64,000 bases of DNA from Sphagnum compactum (Eukaryota), in NCBI GenBank assembly GCA_965153455.1, contig OZ234493.1, forward strand, positions 14,188,213 to 14,252,212, in the 5' to 3' direction. The notes below the pieces were generated by a model that saw only the letters and a list, made by a program, of their open reading frames with translations, did no database searches and was not told where the DNA came from. The translations under genes and the position numbers were made by a program. This document shows positions 40,801-55,038 of the stretch, one piece after another. Numbering within the stretch: the first letter of the stretch is position 1; every line of letters starts with the position of its first letter.

Positions 40801-41928
40801 TTGTGAAGAAGAAAATCTTGCTGCAACAACAACAACAAACAAAACAAAAAACCAACCACACTAATTATGAAGCTTGGCCAAGTAGTTTTTACAACAAGAA
40901 CAATTTTTAGAAAGTTTCAACTACAAAGCTCCCTATGAACTTGGTATCTATGCACAAGAAGCTTGATGGTATTTGTTGTGCTCGCAAATCCTCTCCATGT
41001 TGCCTTTCTAAGCAATGTATGCAAAAACGAGCAACAAAGTTCACATTCCTCTTCAAGGACAAAATTCTTCCCCTTCTTGTCTCTGATTGTCTTGGCAATT
41101 TCTGTTGCCACCATAGATCTTGGCTTCAACAAAGTTTCAACTAAATATTTTGCAGGATATATCATAATGGATTTTAGAGGTGAATGCTGATCCTTCTTAA
41201 GGTTGCCAATAGTTATACTGATAGTGGAGGTGGTCATGTGTGCAAAACACAATTTGGTGAAGTGTTGAAGGGTGCAGAATAATGAAGTGTTAGGGTGTGA
41301 GCCAATTCTGCTTCATTTGTATCCTAAATCTCGAGGCAAAGAGGTTAGAACTTGGAGGGGTAGAGGCAACTAGTTTTTCACTTCTTTTGGAAGGGTTTTC
41401 GGGTTTTAGGTTTTATCTGTACCTTTTCACAGTTAGCAGTAATTATATATTTGTAAAAAGCCATAATCTTCTTTTAAAAATTATACCCAAGAATTGTGAA
41501 AATTTGGAAATTTAAGATTTGTTATATAGGATTGAAATCTTTTGTTTTCTTTGTTCAGACAAGTGATTTTACAAACTCCCTTCCCACTTTCTCTGCTTAG
41601 CAATAGCTCCAACATACAGCATATATTGTAATGAGGTTTTTATTTTGCTAGAGGAGACTTTCGAATGCTCTGTTGTTGCGAAAAGCGTGTTTCTTCATAA
41701 ATTCTGCCTCTCGCCCATCTCTTTGGCCAGTGTCTTGGCTGATGTGAATAGCCTAAAGGAAATTAACTAGTTACCAATGACAGGAACTGGAATTGGAGGG
41801 ACTGATGGAAAATTCTTTGGAGAAAATTTTATGTATTAGTAGTAGTAGTAGTAGTGGCTCAGCGAGGACTGAACTCTATAATCAAACATAAGGCTGCAAA
41901 AATCCTTACAGTAGCAACTTCATCCTAC

Positions 41929-44214
41929 TCATACTGATGGGCTGCCAATGTCTTCTTCATTGAATCTCATGTGCTTCCCTTTTGGAGTTGGTAATCCTTT
42001 GAGGCGCAATGCTGTTGGAGAATCTGGACCTTCATGAAGAAGAGAGACAATATAAGTGAATTTGAAAATGTGGGCACATGGCTTTGGTAATTGTTGCTGA
42101 TGTGCTCAAGAGTTGAAACCCTGCTAAACATGTCAAAAAAAGATCAAAGAAGTATAGAGCATTTTTTTGCTCTTGTGTGTGAAGGAAGAAGAAAAGATAA
42201 TCTTGCTGCAGTCTAGAAGAAGCTTACCCTGCTGATGAGGAGGCTCAGCATGCACAATTAGAGCCTCTATCTCATCATCACTGTTGTAACTGAAGTGGAT
42301 ATGCTGGCCAGTACTTACTGGAAGTCCCCCAGCACCATCATTCTCTTTCATTGTGAATTGGCTGATTGCATCGCAGAGCTCATTGCACTCTCCATCCAGT
42401 TCAACATCTTCATACTCATCTTCATCATCTTCCAGGTAGTAGTCGTACTCTCCGAAACCCTCTTCTTGGTAACTCTTGGCCTTTTGGCCACTGTTCATAC
42501 GCTGCAGAGAATACTCTGTCCTGTTCTCAGCCATGGAGAACTTGGAGGGAGCATCATGTCTTTCCTCCAGGCGTGGTGAACTGACATTGACGACAACAGA
42601 GCACTCAGAGACATCGTCCTCATCATCCTCATCCACATGTTTCCCAACTTCGACATCTCTGCGCACCCAATCAGACGAGGTTGATGTCACTGTGCTCACA
42701 TCACTTACATTGGATAGTGATGGGCTCTTCTCCAAGAAGCAAATTACCTGCAAATTGTCCAAAACCACACAAGAACTTTTGGTGAGCTATTTATTATTAG
42801 CAAATGAGTGAAAACTTCTTGCAAAAACCAAGTTTCACAGAATTTTTCCTGACAACGAATGCATGTTCAGATGGTGGAAACCTAAGCACAATCTGCACTG
42901 AGCATACTGAGCAGTTGCATCTCTGGGAACAATGCAAGCTCTATCGAAAATGCTCATTGAAAGAGATTGATGACCATAAGATTTGGGAGCAAAAATGGTG
43001 TAAGAAGGTCCTTTACCTTCTCCAGATGCTGAACAACATTGATATCAAGTGTATTTGGCTCAGTCAAGCAGGACCTGTCCTTCTCCTCCTTTGTTGAAGG
43101 TGGCATTGCAGCAGCTGTTTCAAGAGGCAAGGTCTCTCCTTCCTCTGCTTTGTTTTCTGCCTGTACACATGTCTCCATGCACTAGACACAACTACTCCCA
43201 GCAGGGAAACCTGCATTGGTTTTACTGTTTGCATTCAGTTCTTCTTCTTCTTGGCCTGGGGACATGCTCACATCAACCTTGTCCTCAAAGACAGGTGGAG
43301 CAATCCTGAAACAAGGAGTAAATGCAGTGTGTCCGAAGCTGGAAGGAACATCATTGATAGGTGTGTTGGCAGGAGTGGGTGCTGCAAGCTCCCCTGGTGT
43401 ACCAAACTCAGAGGGCATTCTGTGAAGACCGGATTCACCCATCTCAAGCTTGCGAGGAAGTGTGTGCACCTGAGAATTTGTAGAAACGTCATCACCAACA
43501 CCACCAATATTAGGAATCATATCCAATAATCACAATCCAGATCTCATTCTGAAGCTTGATAAGGGTTCAAGCCTAAACCCTACATCCTAAACCAACGTCA
43601 TGTAGATTAGGAATCATATCGAATAATCACAATCCAGATTTCATTCTGAAGCTTGATAAGGTTCAAGCCTAAACCCTAAACCCTTGATACTAAAACATAT
43701 CGGCGAGTCTGATGATGAAGACAAGACAGTGGGTCTGATGAATTTTGAGCTAACCTGAGTGCAGCACAAAACTTCTCCTGCTGCAGGCACTCCTGCTGTT
43801 GCTTTGTGGAGTTCATGTAGTTTGGGGTAAGGTGTGCCCTTGAAGCTGCCCACTCGATCTCCTTCCTTAACCATCATTGGAGTAAGTCCTGAAGATGGCG
43901 ACTCATTTGTCTTGTCTGCAAGTGCTCTGCGTGAAGTATTTCTCACAGCTCCAGCTTTCTTACCACTGCCAAACAGGTCTGTGCAAAAGAGAAAAACCCC
44001 ATTTGCAAATGTGTAGCATTGTCAACAATCATTCTTTTTTCTGGAGAGCGTGGCGGTGTACTACAGACGTCAAGAAAACATTTTTGAGTGTGATGATTGT
44101 TGGTGGGCAGTGGTGGCAGTGGGTACCTTGTTTAGTAGGAGAGGCAGCTGCTGCAGCGATAACCTGCCGCACTACTTGTGGGGAGACGACATGTTGAACT
44201 CTTCTGCTCTCCAT
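41929..44214 (-). pseudogene. At5g66230-like protein (D-box/KEN-like RxALxDxTN, APTPANTP, C-terminal LRLKGLPTPKGKHxRF) with an in-frame TAG; exons 44214-44127, 43978-43755, 43469-43017, 42747-42228, 42029-41929
   Basis: GT-AG introns with consistent phases. Motifs RRALADKTNESP, LAAPTPANTP, ELCDAISQ, GQHIHFSYNSDDE and LRLKGLPTPKGKHMRF are recalled from that plant family. TAG at 43184-43182 interrupts exon 3, so the gene may be a pseudogene or use an unmodelled intron. Confidence 0.7.
43509..43684. repeat. Intronic ~75-bp tandem duplication, each copy ending in CCTAAACCCTA telomere-type motifs
   Basis: ATTAGGAATCATATC.AATAATCACAATCCAGAT.TCATTCTGAAGCTTGATAAGG(G)TTCAAGCCTAAACCCTA occurs twice (~43509 and ~43606). 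Confidence 0.9.
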
Positions 44215-44879
44215 AGAAGCTTAGTAGCTACGTGAATCTCTGTGTCACCTGCAAAAAAACACAACTTCGAAAGAAAAAAGAAAGAAAAACCAGAAGAGCA
44301 GAGTTCTTCCAAGGCAAAGAAGAGAGCAGCGGCAAAAGCTCCAAAAAACAAACTCAATGCAGCAGCAGCAGTGAAGATCTAACAATCAACAGAGGCAAGG
44401 AAGCAATCAATCAACAAGATACAGAAACGATCGATCGATCGAAAACAGGAACGAAACTGCGAATTTCAAGCAAGAAGAGCGCGGGGGTGGCTTTGAGAGC
44501 CGTTGAAGCGCAACAGACAGAAGGAGATGAATCTCATCCATAACAGCCCACACAAAGTTCATTCATTCATCCTTTTTTTCTTGAACACCAATTAGGGCTT
44601 GGTGGGAGCGGCGCAACTTCAAGGGTTTTTTTTTTTTTGAGTTTAGGGTTTTGTTCGCCTCAGCTAGTCCCAGTAATTAAGAGGTCGTAATTAATTAATA
44701 AATAAACAGGTCCTCCTAATACCTAAGGAATCTCAGTGTTTTTTTTTTTTGTGGCGAAATTTCGTAATTTGGCAAGAAATTTTTTTTCCCAGAAAATGAC
44801 CCCCCAAGAAAAACTCTAAATTTTTTTTTGTGATTTTTATGGATTTTTGGGCCATTTAATTAGCCACATCTAGACCTAG

Positions 44880-44950
44880 GAACTTCCTAGTTGGCCACTT
44901 CCTTGTTGGCCACTTCCTAGTTGGCCACTTCCTAGTTGGCCACTTCCTTG
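44880..44950. repeat. 15-bp tandem repeat (ACTTCCTAGTTGGCC) x~4.5 inside a MITE-like element (~44734-45050)
   Basis: Direct units are visible; the host element is bounded by CAGTGTTTTT and AAAAACCTG. Confidence 0.85.
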
Positions 44951-47900
44951 TAAAAATGCTACTAGGACATTCGCCATTTAATGCTAATTATGGCTAGGGA
45001 TCCCCGCGGGTGGACCTACTTGAGGAATTAGAAAAAAAAAAAAAAACCTGGTCCTAATGATGTTCCCTAGCATGTATAGGGAACATGTATACATGCTATA
45101 GGGAACATGAATACCTACTTGGGATGTATAGCATGATGCTTCATATTATTTAGTTGTGAAGGACGGACTCACAAAATTTCAACTACCTATTCTTTTAGTG
45201 TGGTGCTATTGGGAACAACAGACTTGGGAACCTATGGAGATCTTGGGGAAATTGGGAACATGATAAATGACCATTGGAAACTTGGTGGGAACATGAGGGA
45301 ATCGTATAATAATACACATTGGGAACACCAAAACAAAACAAAATTGTGCAAGACTTATGTCGTTCCCCGATAGTCCCACTGACCCATATTTTTGCCCAAA
45401 TTTGTACTATTTTACCCTATGTTGTTGTTGGGCCAATTTCAATTCTATTTAAATTGCTAAAGTTTAAAATTTGGAAACATTTTCTCAAGGGGGGTATCCA
45501 AGCTTGAAATTTTTTGGTTATTATAATGGGGCTAATTTCAACAAAGTGCATCACAAAAAAGGCATTGATCTTTCAATGCACTCATAATTAGTAAATAAAT
45601 ATCACACTATATTCATTAAAATGCAAAAATGCTAATTATAATCAAGAACAAAATGCATGACACAATGGTAATTAAAGTGTTAATAATAGATTAAATCATG
45701 GAATTTTACTAAGGATATAATAAAATTATGATTAATAAAGATGAAATTTCCAAGACATGAAAAGAAAAGGCAAATGAAAGCTCCATGTGAGCTTGTTAAT
45801 AAGAGCCATCAACAATTCAAAAAAAAATCATAAATTTTTTTGCAAAATTCCTAGTATCAATCAAAATGTGAACAAATGAATTGCATGTATAAATGGATGA
45901 AAAATAGATCGATGCACTCTGTTGATCCACTTTTCAAAAGTTTTTCTTCTCGTAAACGAACTATGAAGGAAAACCTTTTTAACAACCTTCTTTACATATG
46001 AACAAATCATGAAATGGAAACTATTGAAAACTCTCGTCCATGTGGACGACTTATTAATGGGACATTTTCTAAACAATTTCTTCTTACATATGGATGAACT
46101 ACTTTAGTCATTTTGCTCACTCTCGCTTTCATTCATCTCACTAGTTCATCCATTATTCTGTTGTGTTCTTGAAGGTCATTCATATATTTTTATTAGATTG
46201 CCAAATGTTTTGAACTTATTTTTTATCTTCAATGTTGCCAAATCTTCTTATATAAAACAAGGTTGTCAACATCCCTTTTTGGATGGATATCATTGGGATG
46301 TGTCACAAACCTCTAGACATCCCATATAAGGTGTCCTTGGTAATATTTAGTTTTGATGTAATCTTTTTGTTTAAGGGATGTCATGTCCAAGCTTAGGTGA
46401 TGTTGGCGATAACGAGGATGAGAAAATGATGAAAGGTCAACAAGCAATGAAAAAATGACAAGAATATAATGGGGGAAGAGAAACCATGAAATGATGATGG
46501 TGCACAAGAATATGAGGAAAGGATGATAGAGAATGGGAAAACGATAAGGAATGGCGATAAATGATAAAACACGAAGGGAATGGTGTTGGGAGATGATTGG
46601 CATTGGGAAGCAAGTGAAGGGATGGTGAGAACCATGGTGGGGGTGGTAGGGGATGTCAAGAACAAAAAATCAAAAAATGGGGGGGGGGGGAAGCAAACAA
46701 CAAGCACCAATGACAAAGGTGCCATGAATGACATTAGGGGACAATGGGAAGGACATTAAGCATAGCGAGGAAAGGTAGGTTTAAACCTTCACCTTAACCA
46801 AATAAAAAAACTATGGTGCAATTGTTTTTTAAATTAATGTTAATGGGACACCAAGAGAGGCTCTAAAAATATCTCCTCTAGCAAAATAAAAACCTTATTA
46901 CAATATGTATGGTGAGTTGAAGTAAGTGATAACATTGAGGTGTTAGGTTTGAATTCAGTAACTAAAATAAATCCAAAAAATCAAACAAACAAATTGTGTA
47001 TTTTTTGGGTCATGTTCTACAAAGTTACAAAATCACAACATGTGATTGTTGATGTTCATGAAGTTGGTTAGGGGAATTTAGTGTCTTTCACCTACTTTTA
47101 CCCTTGGGTAATTTATTGAAAAAAAAAAGAAACATCAACATGAAAGGTGAAAAGAATAGATAAAGGCGTTGATGTCAATCCACCAAAGGCAAAATAAAGA
47201 ACCCATAACAATAGGAAAAAAAATTTGTTTCCTAAAACAATAAATAGGTCTCTTTTGCTATTGTTATTCATTACTATGGGAGATTATGCTTTTGGAATTC
47301 ATTATTACTTATGAAAGACAATGTTTTAAATTGTCCTTTTAAGTATCACATTATTAAATAGTTATTTATTGTTCAGAAAAATGAGCCTACCAATTTAAGA
47401 ACCCTAAACCATCTTTAAATCCAAGACCATAACCCTTAACTAACCCAAATATGACTTAAATGTTTTTTAAAAAACCTAAAACCCCATGGGTTGGTTTTAA
47501 AAAGCTAAGTGTAGTGCCATGTAGATCCATTGGGTCCAATTTTCATACCCAAACCCAATTAGAAACCTAAATTTGGCTAATATTATTACTTTCCTAGTAC
47601 TTTCATTTGTCTTAGTGAACAAAAGTGTAGACTTGTTTAATTAATAATAGATGTTTGTATGTTGTTTACAACCATCTTGATTCAATACTTGGCAAAAATG
47701 TTCCTTCTAGATTGGGAGTTCACCTAGAAATTGATTTGTGTAGGTGGAAATTGAAAGTGTTTCTAAATGTTCTAACTACAATAAATTCAAAGTGCTTAAA
47801 ATTGTTTGTTCATTCAATGCCAACTTTATTTATTTTTGTTTTAGTTTCTGAAACAACATCAAGCACACAAAGTAACCTTTGAAGGCCTAATGGGGTTCAT

Positions 47901-50900
47901 TCATCAAGTTCAGATCATAACATATTTTAAAATCTTACTCGTAAAACATATTTTCATGCAAAATTTTACATCATTACAAAATGAAACCTATTTTCATCTT
48001 GAGGATCATCAATTGTTTTGCACAAAACATGATTATCTAGGGTAGATTCCATTTGGAAGAAGATATTTAATATCTAAAGTTTAAATGATCATTCACTATG
48101 AAATTCATGCTTGTAATTTTGCCCCACATCATGTTTACAACTAGCAAATATCTATCCAATACATTAATTTATCATTGTCACCCCTTGGTAACCCAAAAAA
48201 TGCACACCATATCCATGATTGATTGATAATGGCTTAAAACTATTTGATGTGAATGCCAATCACTATTTTAAAATTGTTGGGCTACCATGCCATAGGCCAT
48301 TCTTCCACCCATCATGGGATACAATCAATGAATGCAACACACCATGTTTTGTGACATTAATTTTGAGTTCATGATGAAAGATGGGGCAAACCAAATAGGA
48401 AATGGGTTGAGAACAAGTTCAAGTAAGAAACACAAAGGTCTCAAAATGTGAATATTGAAAGTTAACTTTCATTTTCCATTTGGAGTTGTGAGATATGAGT
48501 TTTGGCCAAAATGAAGGTTGAGAACTTTTAATTCCCTATCATAAGCATGAAAATCAAAATATAAAAAGAATTCCATGGTACATGAAAACCAAAACAAACT
48601 ATGGCAAATGCAAACCTAGATCTAAATCCAAACATAAATCATGAAAATCAAATAAAAAAAACACAAAATATGAAAACATGAACATGAAATGAATCAAACA
48701 AAACTACAATGCAAAATCGCATTTTACACTAATGTTGAATAGATTTAAAATAATGGGGTCCTACTTTTATTTATATACCCATGTAAAGACTTAGTTTTAA
48801 AAACTTTCATGAAAGCTTCCATGTGTATACCATCCACAAAACCTTATTGAAAACTTTATTAAATATGAATTAACTATAAGTTATGAATAAGAATTGAACA
48901 ACAATGGATGAAAAATTGATTTTCAAGGATGAAATTCCTGATGATGATGTTGATGATGGTGATGTTGGCCATGATGTGGGGGATGTCATCTATGATATTT
49001 TTAACCACTTTAAAACACAAGAAGTAGTTTCGAATGACTTCTAATCTAAATATGCAACATGGTGTTGGAAATATATTGTTGAAGATTATAACTTTACAAT
49101 TTGAAACTCTTCAATTGAAATTTGTGAAATAGTTATGAACTTGCAAACTTGCAAAAGTCATAATTTGGGAATTTTAGAACTCACATTTGGAAGTCCTAAA
49201 CATTGTAACCATTTTGATGTAGCTTCCACTATCAATCATATAGTATATTGTATAGGGACAAAAATGGTGCTGTCTTCCTAGGCCTAGATCATGTGACTGT
49301 AATGAATCCAAAGCAAATTTATGACTCAAAATTTGTTCCATTTGCACTAACCGTTTGAAACAAGCTACCGCATGAACATAAAGTTTGAATTTAGAACCTA
49401 GAGTTGGAACTTGGGATGACAAAATGTTTTTTCCCTTGTACACATGCAAGTAAGACCCAAAAATTTAATCGCAAAATGAATGTTGTACAACTAAACCTAG
49501 AAATAAACATGTAAGCATTCATCGTCATTATGGATGAATGATTTTTCTCGTTCATCTTATGTATGGGTGAAAAAAATTGCATTTACATGTTTTTAATAGA
49601 TAGAATTTCCATTAAAATTATGGATGAATGTGTTTATTTTGTCATTAATTTTGTAATTTTTTTCCATAATTTTAATCAATTAAAGCTCCATGAAACACAG
49701 TTTCCCTTCTTATGAAATGAAAAATATATGAAATTATTCTTATTTATTATTAGTAATAATAGAATAAAAGATCGAATCAATTTTCATTATTGAGCATGAT
49801 TTTTTTCAAATTTAACCAATGTTGTTGACAACATTGGGTTTTGAATGTTTTGACTATTTTTAAACTACATAATGTCATTGGTGATAATGAATTTTTTAAA
49901 TAAACAAAAATTCAATTTTAGCCACCTTAAAATTTAGTTTTTTTCAAACAACCTACTATCATAGATGATAATGAAGTGTTTTTTAATAATTATTTATTTT
50001 CAAAGCACCCCAATTTTTCATGAAGTAAATATATAATGTTGTTGACAATAATTGGGCCGGGGGGGGGGGGGTTTACACCCATTCCATGACAATATTTTTG
50101 GAATTGCTTAACAATGTTCTAAAAATGATTTCTTAAACAAAATTTTAAAAGTTCCATCATCATATTTTCCCCTGTAATCACAACTTCATTATCCATCGTT
50201 ATTAAATGATATTCAAGTTTGAAATATTAATACTTGGACAACAAATGAGGATGGATATAAATTATTTTGAAATTTATTTATTTTCTAATCATGGATGAAT
50301 TTCACCCAATGATTTATTTATTTAATCCAAATCATAAATGAAATTCATCCATGTAAAAATGACATTCATGCATATGAAATCATTTATCTATGAACATATT
50401 CATCCATGTAGGTGGATTAAAATCACATTAAACTTTAAGTTCCTGAACTTTGATGGAGAATGAGATATTGTGATTACAAATGATGTTATGTATCAAAATG
50501 GATGAAAAATGATTGACATTTTCAATCCTATTTGAAAATGTCAAATATGTAAAAAATACATTTTCATATTTTAAAATGCAAGCTAAAAAAACCTTGAAAA
50601 ATGTTATATTATATACCCAAAATGCATTTTTAATTAAAAAAATTATTATTCAAAATTTGTTGTATTAGATATTAAAATGTATTTAAATAAATAAATAAAT
50701 AGGGCTGAGAATCTCAAAAGAAAATATTATATTGAATTCTTACAACCTGGCAAGGGAAAAGAAAGGTAGAAAGGGTAAACAAAATAATAAAAAATAAAAA
50801 ATAAAAAATAAAAAAATAAAATTTAAAGAATTTAAAAACTGGGGCTGGGGCCCTGGTATGGTCAACTGGGTGGATCAATACCATTTTAACAGACAACCGG

Positions 50901-51267
50901 GCTATTCAGTACCTCACTAACCGGACTTGGTGGGCGGAGGAGAAGCGGATATGCAAGTCCGCCTGCGGGTACTTACCCGTCTAACCGGACCAGAAGCCCA
51001 GTTGTGTGAGAAGAGCGTTCTCTTCTTTGTTTGCAATTGCGCCACATGCAACTTTTCTTGTTCTCTTTCTCGCTCGCAAATTGAAGAAGCTATGACGATG
51101 ATGATGATGATGATGGCCGGAAGTTCTTCTGCGGATCTAGGACGAGAACAATTAGGTGATGTTTTTCTTGAGAATTGAGGAGACTTGCGTGAGGATCGGA
51201 AAACGGTGAGAGAGTCCGTCCGTCCGTCCTTTCTTTCTTCGGCTTTTCTTTTATGGTTTTGAAAGAC

Positions 51268-54200
51268 ATGATGCGGAGCACCAAAGTGTTGAGGAGGCAG
51301 CTGCTCGTGGATGACACGAAGATGTGTTCTCCAATGTCAGGTATTGAGACTAGTTTTTCAAGTCTTTTGTCTCCAAACTTGTGCCATGTGCATTTGCATG
51401 TTTTGTTTCCCTTCTCCGATTTCTAGGAGAGAAGTAAAGAGTAATAATGAGAGCTTTTTTTTTCTTGGAATGAATGTTTGTAATCGTTCAATGTGAAAAG
51501 ACTTCTTCTTGTTTTGTGTATCTCAAGAGTTTTTCAGCAAATCCAAAACTATTCACAGTACTACATTCACACGTGCTGATTTCTGAAGAGATGTCCTGTT
51601 GTTTTGAAACCATCATTTCGAACTTGATTTTTAAGAGTCTGCTTCTGCAGAAGTTGAGATTTGTTTCAATCCTCTCACTTGCAAATGTAGTGCTGCTCCT
51701 CATGCTCTTCAATTGAAAGACTCTGCTGTTTAGTGTTTGGGTTTAGGGTTTAGAATTGCCTGCAGTTATTTCAATGCCAGAAGATATCAGTGGTGCTATG
51801 CACATTGATCTTATTCCCATAGTACACTGTCGTCTCAGGATCTCAGGATCTTCATGTGAAACACAATCCTGACAACATAAGGAAATGGACGAAGGTTTGA
51901 GTGCAAGTTTTGTATGCTGGATATCAGTAGTGCTATGCTTGTTGGGGCCTGACAACATAAGGAAATGGACGAAGGTTTGAGTGCAAGTTTTGTATGCTGG
52001 ATATCAGTAGTGCTATGCTTGTTGGTCTCACTCCCATTGTAAACTGTTGCCTCATGATATCTGCTGTATGTGAAACAGAACCCTAAACCCTAAATCCGCA
52101 TAGCATAAGAAATGGAGGAAATTTTGATGGTTTTCAACTGCTTGCTGTTTTTTGCAGTGCAGAGAAGAATGAAGGAACGACTTTGGCATGAGTTCTTCTC
52201 AGATCCTTCACAGTGGTGGGATCACAGGTCAGAGAAGGTAAGATCACTCAAAATCCATTTGTGAGTATACTGTTATTCTTGGTTATGGTTATTATAGCAT
52301 GACTTCCTGCTGCTCCAAATGGTAACAGCTGATCAGTTGGGTCATAGGTGAACTCAAGGTATCCTGATTTCAAGCATAAGACAACACAGCAGGCACTCTG
52401 GCTTGATGGCATATTGACCCCGCCATGGGTGGAAGCAAAGCTGGCAGCAATGGCACCAAGGAGTATACAACCAAGTGTTTTTCAATGGAATGTGAGGCTT
52501 GCGAGATATGTTAAGTCTGGGCAATATGAGAAGACAGTGGATCTTTTTAAGCAAATGAAAAGAGAGGGAATGGTTCCAGATGATGTCACCTTTGTTCATG
52601 TCCTGAAAGCATGCTCAAGTTCACAAGCACTCAAGGAAGGCCAGCATGTTCATCAAGAGATAGTTCGACGAGGTTGTGAATCTAATATTGCAGTGGGTAG
52701 TCGCCTCATTGACATGTATGCCAAATGTGGGCGCATTGAAGATGCGCAGATAGTCTTTGACAGGATGCCAACTCGTGATGTGGTCTCTTGGACTGCATTG
52801 ATTCTGGGATATGTAAAAAGTGGACAAGGTCAGAAGGCGTTGCAACTATTGCAACAAATGCAACATGAAGGGGTGCTGCCAGATCGTGTCACGTTTGTGG
52901 GGTTGCTGAATGTGTGTGCTAGTGTAGCAGCACTTGATGAGGGCAAGCATGTTCATAAACTGATTATTCAGAGAGGCTGGGAATCTGATGCTTTTGTGGG
53001 CAGTAGCCTTGTTGACATGTATGGCAAATGTGGTAGCATTAAGGATGCAGAGAGAGTGTTCAACAGCATGAGTACCCGTGATGTGGTCTGTTGGACTAGC
53101 ATGATTTTAGGGCATGTGAAATGTGGGCAAGCACGTGAGGCATTGGAGCTCTTTCAACAGATGCAACATGAAGGGGTGAAGCCAGATCAAGTCACCTTTG
53201 TGGGGGTGCTGAATGCATGTGCTAGTCTCATGGCTCTTGAAGAAGGCAGACGTGTTCATAAACAGATTGTTGAGAATGGTTTTGACTCTGATGTTTTTGT
53301 GGGTACTAGCCTTGTTGACATGTATTCCAAATGTGGGAGCATTGATGATGCGCAGTTAGTGTTCCACAGGATGTCCACTCGCAATGTGGTCTCTTGGACG
53401 GCCATGATACTCGGACTTGTGAAATGTGGGAAAGGGCAGAAGGCATTGGAACTCTCACAACAAATGGAACAGGAAAGGGTGCAGCCAAACCAGATCACCT
53501 TTGTAGGATTGCTGAATGCATGCGCTAGTGTTTCAGCATTGGAAGAAGGCAGGCGTGTTCACAAACAGGTTATTGAAAGGGGTTGTGAATCTAACATTTT
53601 TGTGGGCAATAGCCTAGTTGACATGTATGCAAAATGTGGGAGCATTGAGGATGCACAGAGAGTGTTTGACAGGATGACCACACGTAATGTGGTCTCCTGG
53701 ACTGCAATGATTCTGGGTCATGTGAAATGTGGGCAAGGGCAGAAGGCATTGAAACTATTGCAGAAAATGCAACAAGAAGGGGTTCACCCACACCCTGTTA
53801 CCTTTGTTGGGTTGCTGAATGCATGTGCAAGTGTATCAGCTCTTGAAGAGGGCAGGCATGTTCATGAACAGGTAATTAAAAGTGGTTGTGGATCGGATGT
53901 TTTTGTGTGTAATAGCCTCATTGACATGTACGCCAAATGTGGTAGCATAGAGGATGCAGAGAGAGTATTCAACAACATGGGTTCACGTGATGTCGTCTCT
54001 TGGACTGTGATGATTTTGGGACGTGTGAAATGTGGGCAAGGGCACAAGGCGCTGGAACTATTTAAACAGATGCAATGTGAAGGTGTCCAGCCAGATCGTG
54101 TCACCTTTGTAGCGTTATTGAATGCATGCGCTAGCATACTGGTGCTTAAAGAGGGTAGGCATATCCATGAACAGATTATCCAGAATGGTTTTGAATCGGA

Positions 54201-55038
54201 TCTGTTTGTAAGTAGTGGCCTTGTTGACATGTATGCGAAATGTGGGAGCATTGAGGATGCACGGCGGGTTTTCAATGGCATGGCCAAATGTGATGTTGTC
54301 TCATGGAATGCCATGATTTTTGGACATGTGAAATGTGGACAAGGGCTTGAGGCATTGGAACTATTTCAGCAAATGCAACATGAAGGCGTGCAACCAGACC
54401 CTGTAACCTTTGTGGCAGTGCTTAATGCATGTGCTGGTGTAGCAGCACTCGAAGAGGGCAGGAGGGTTCATAAACAGATAATTGAGAGCAGTTGTGAATC
54501 TGATGCTTTTGTGGGTAGTAGCCTCATTGACATGTATGCAAAGTGTGGGAGCATCAAGGATGCAGAGAAAGTGTTTAACAACGTGGCTCTTGGACATAAT
54601 GTGGTCTCTTGGACAGCCATGCTTGGGGGCTATGCCATGCATGGCCATGGTAAGGAAGCTCTTGAACATTTTGAGCGAATGCGTAGAGAAGGTGTAGAGA
54701 TAAATGGTGTTACCTTTCTATCTCTTTTGTCAGCTTGTAGCCATGCTGGCTTAGTGGATGAAGGCCTGGACTACTTTAAAGCCATGAGTCCAGTTTATGG
54801 TGTTTCTGCAACAGCAGAGCACTATGCCTGCATGGTTGACCTCCTTGGCCATGCTGGCCGTTTGCAGGAGGCAGAGGATCTGATCAAGAGTAGCCAGCAT
54901 TGTATGGAAGATGCCACTGCATGGACAGCCTTGCTTGGTGCCTGCAGAGTTCATGGTAACTGTGAGATGGGAGAACGTATTGCAAAACGAGTTGTTGAAC
55001 TGGACCCTGGCAATTCATCAGGCTACATGCTTCTTTGA
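51268..55038 (+). CDS. PLS-class PPR protein with N-terminal OSB-type PDF motif, 24 PPR repeats, E1 and truncated E2 (~947 aa); exons 51268-51340, 52158-52237, 52348-55038
   Basis: Spliced N-terminus MMRSTKVLRRQLLVDDTKMCSPMSVQRRMKERLWHEFFSDPSQWWDHRSEKVNSRYPDFKHKTTQQALWLDG. Seven P1-L1-S1 triplets (xLxDMYxKCG x7) plus P2-L2-S2 (LLSACSHAGLVDEG, HYACMVDLLG) and E1 (WTALLGACRVHGN). An in-frame upstream ATG also exists at 51253. Confidence 0.9.
51868..52025. repeat. Perfect 78-bp tandem duplication (80-bp period) in PPR intron 1
   Basis: CCTGACAACATAAGG...TGCTATGCTTGTTGG at 51868-51945 and 51948-52025. It is embedded in an older diverged repeat (~51783-51889 vs ~52000-52116). Confidence 0.95.

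Noticed and set aside
40100-41300. Possible transposase relic on the minus strand
   Set aside because: Fragmentary frames with no catalytic or family motif I can support.
43641-43946. Stop at 43641 as a second lesion in the At5g66230-like gene
   Set aside because: It lies within intron 43754-43470 (GTTAGC...TCTCAG); splicing restores the family motif.
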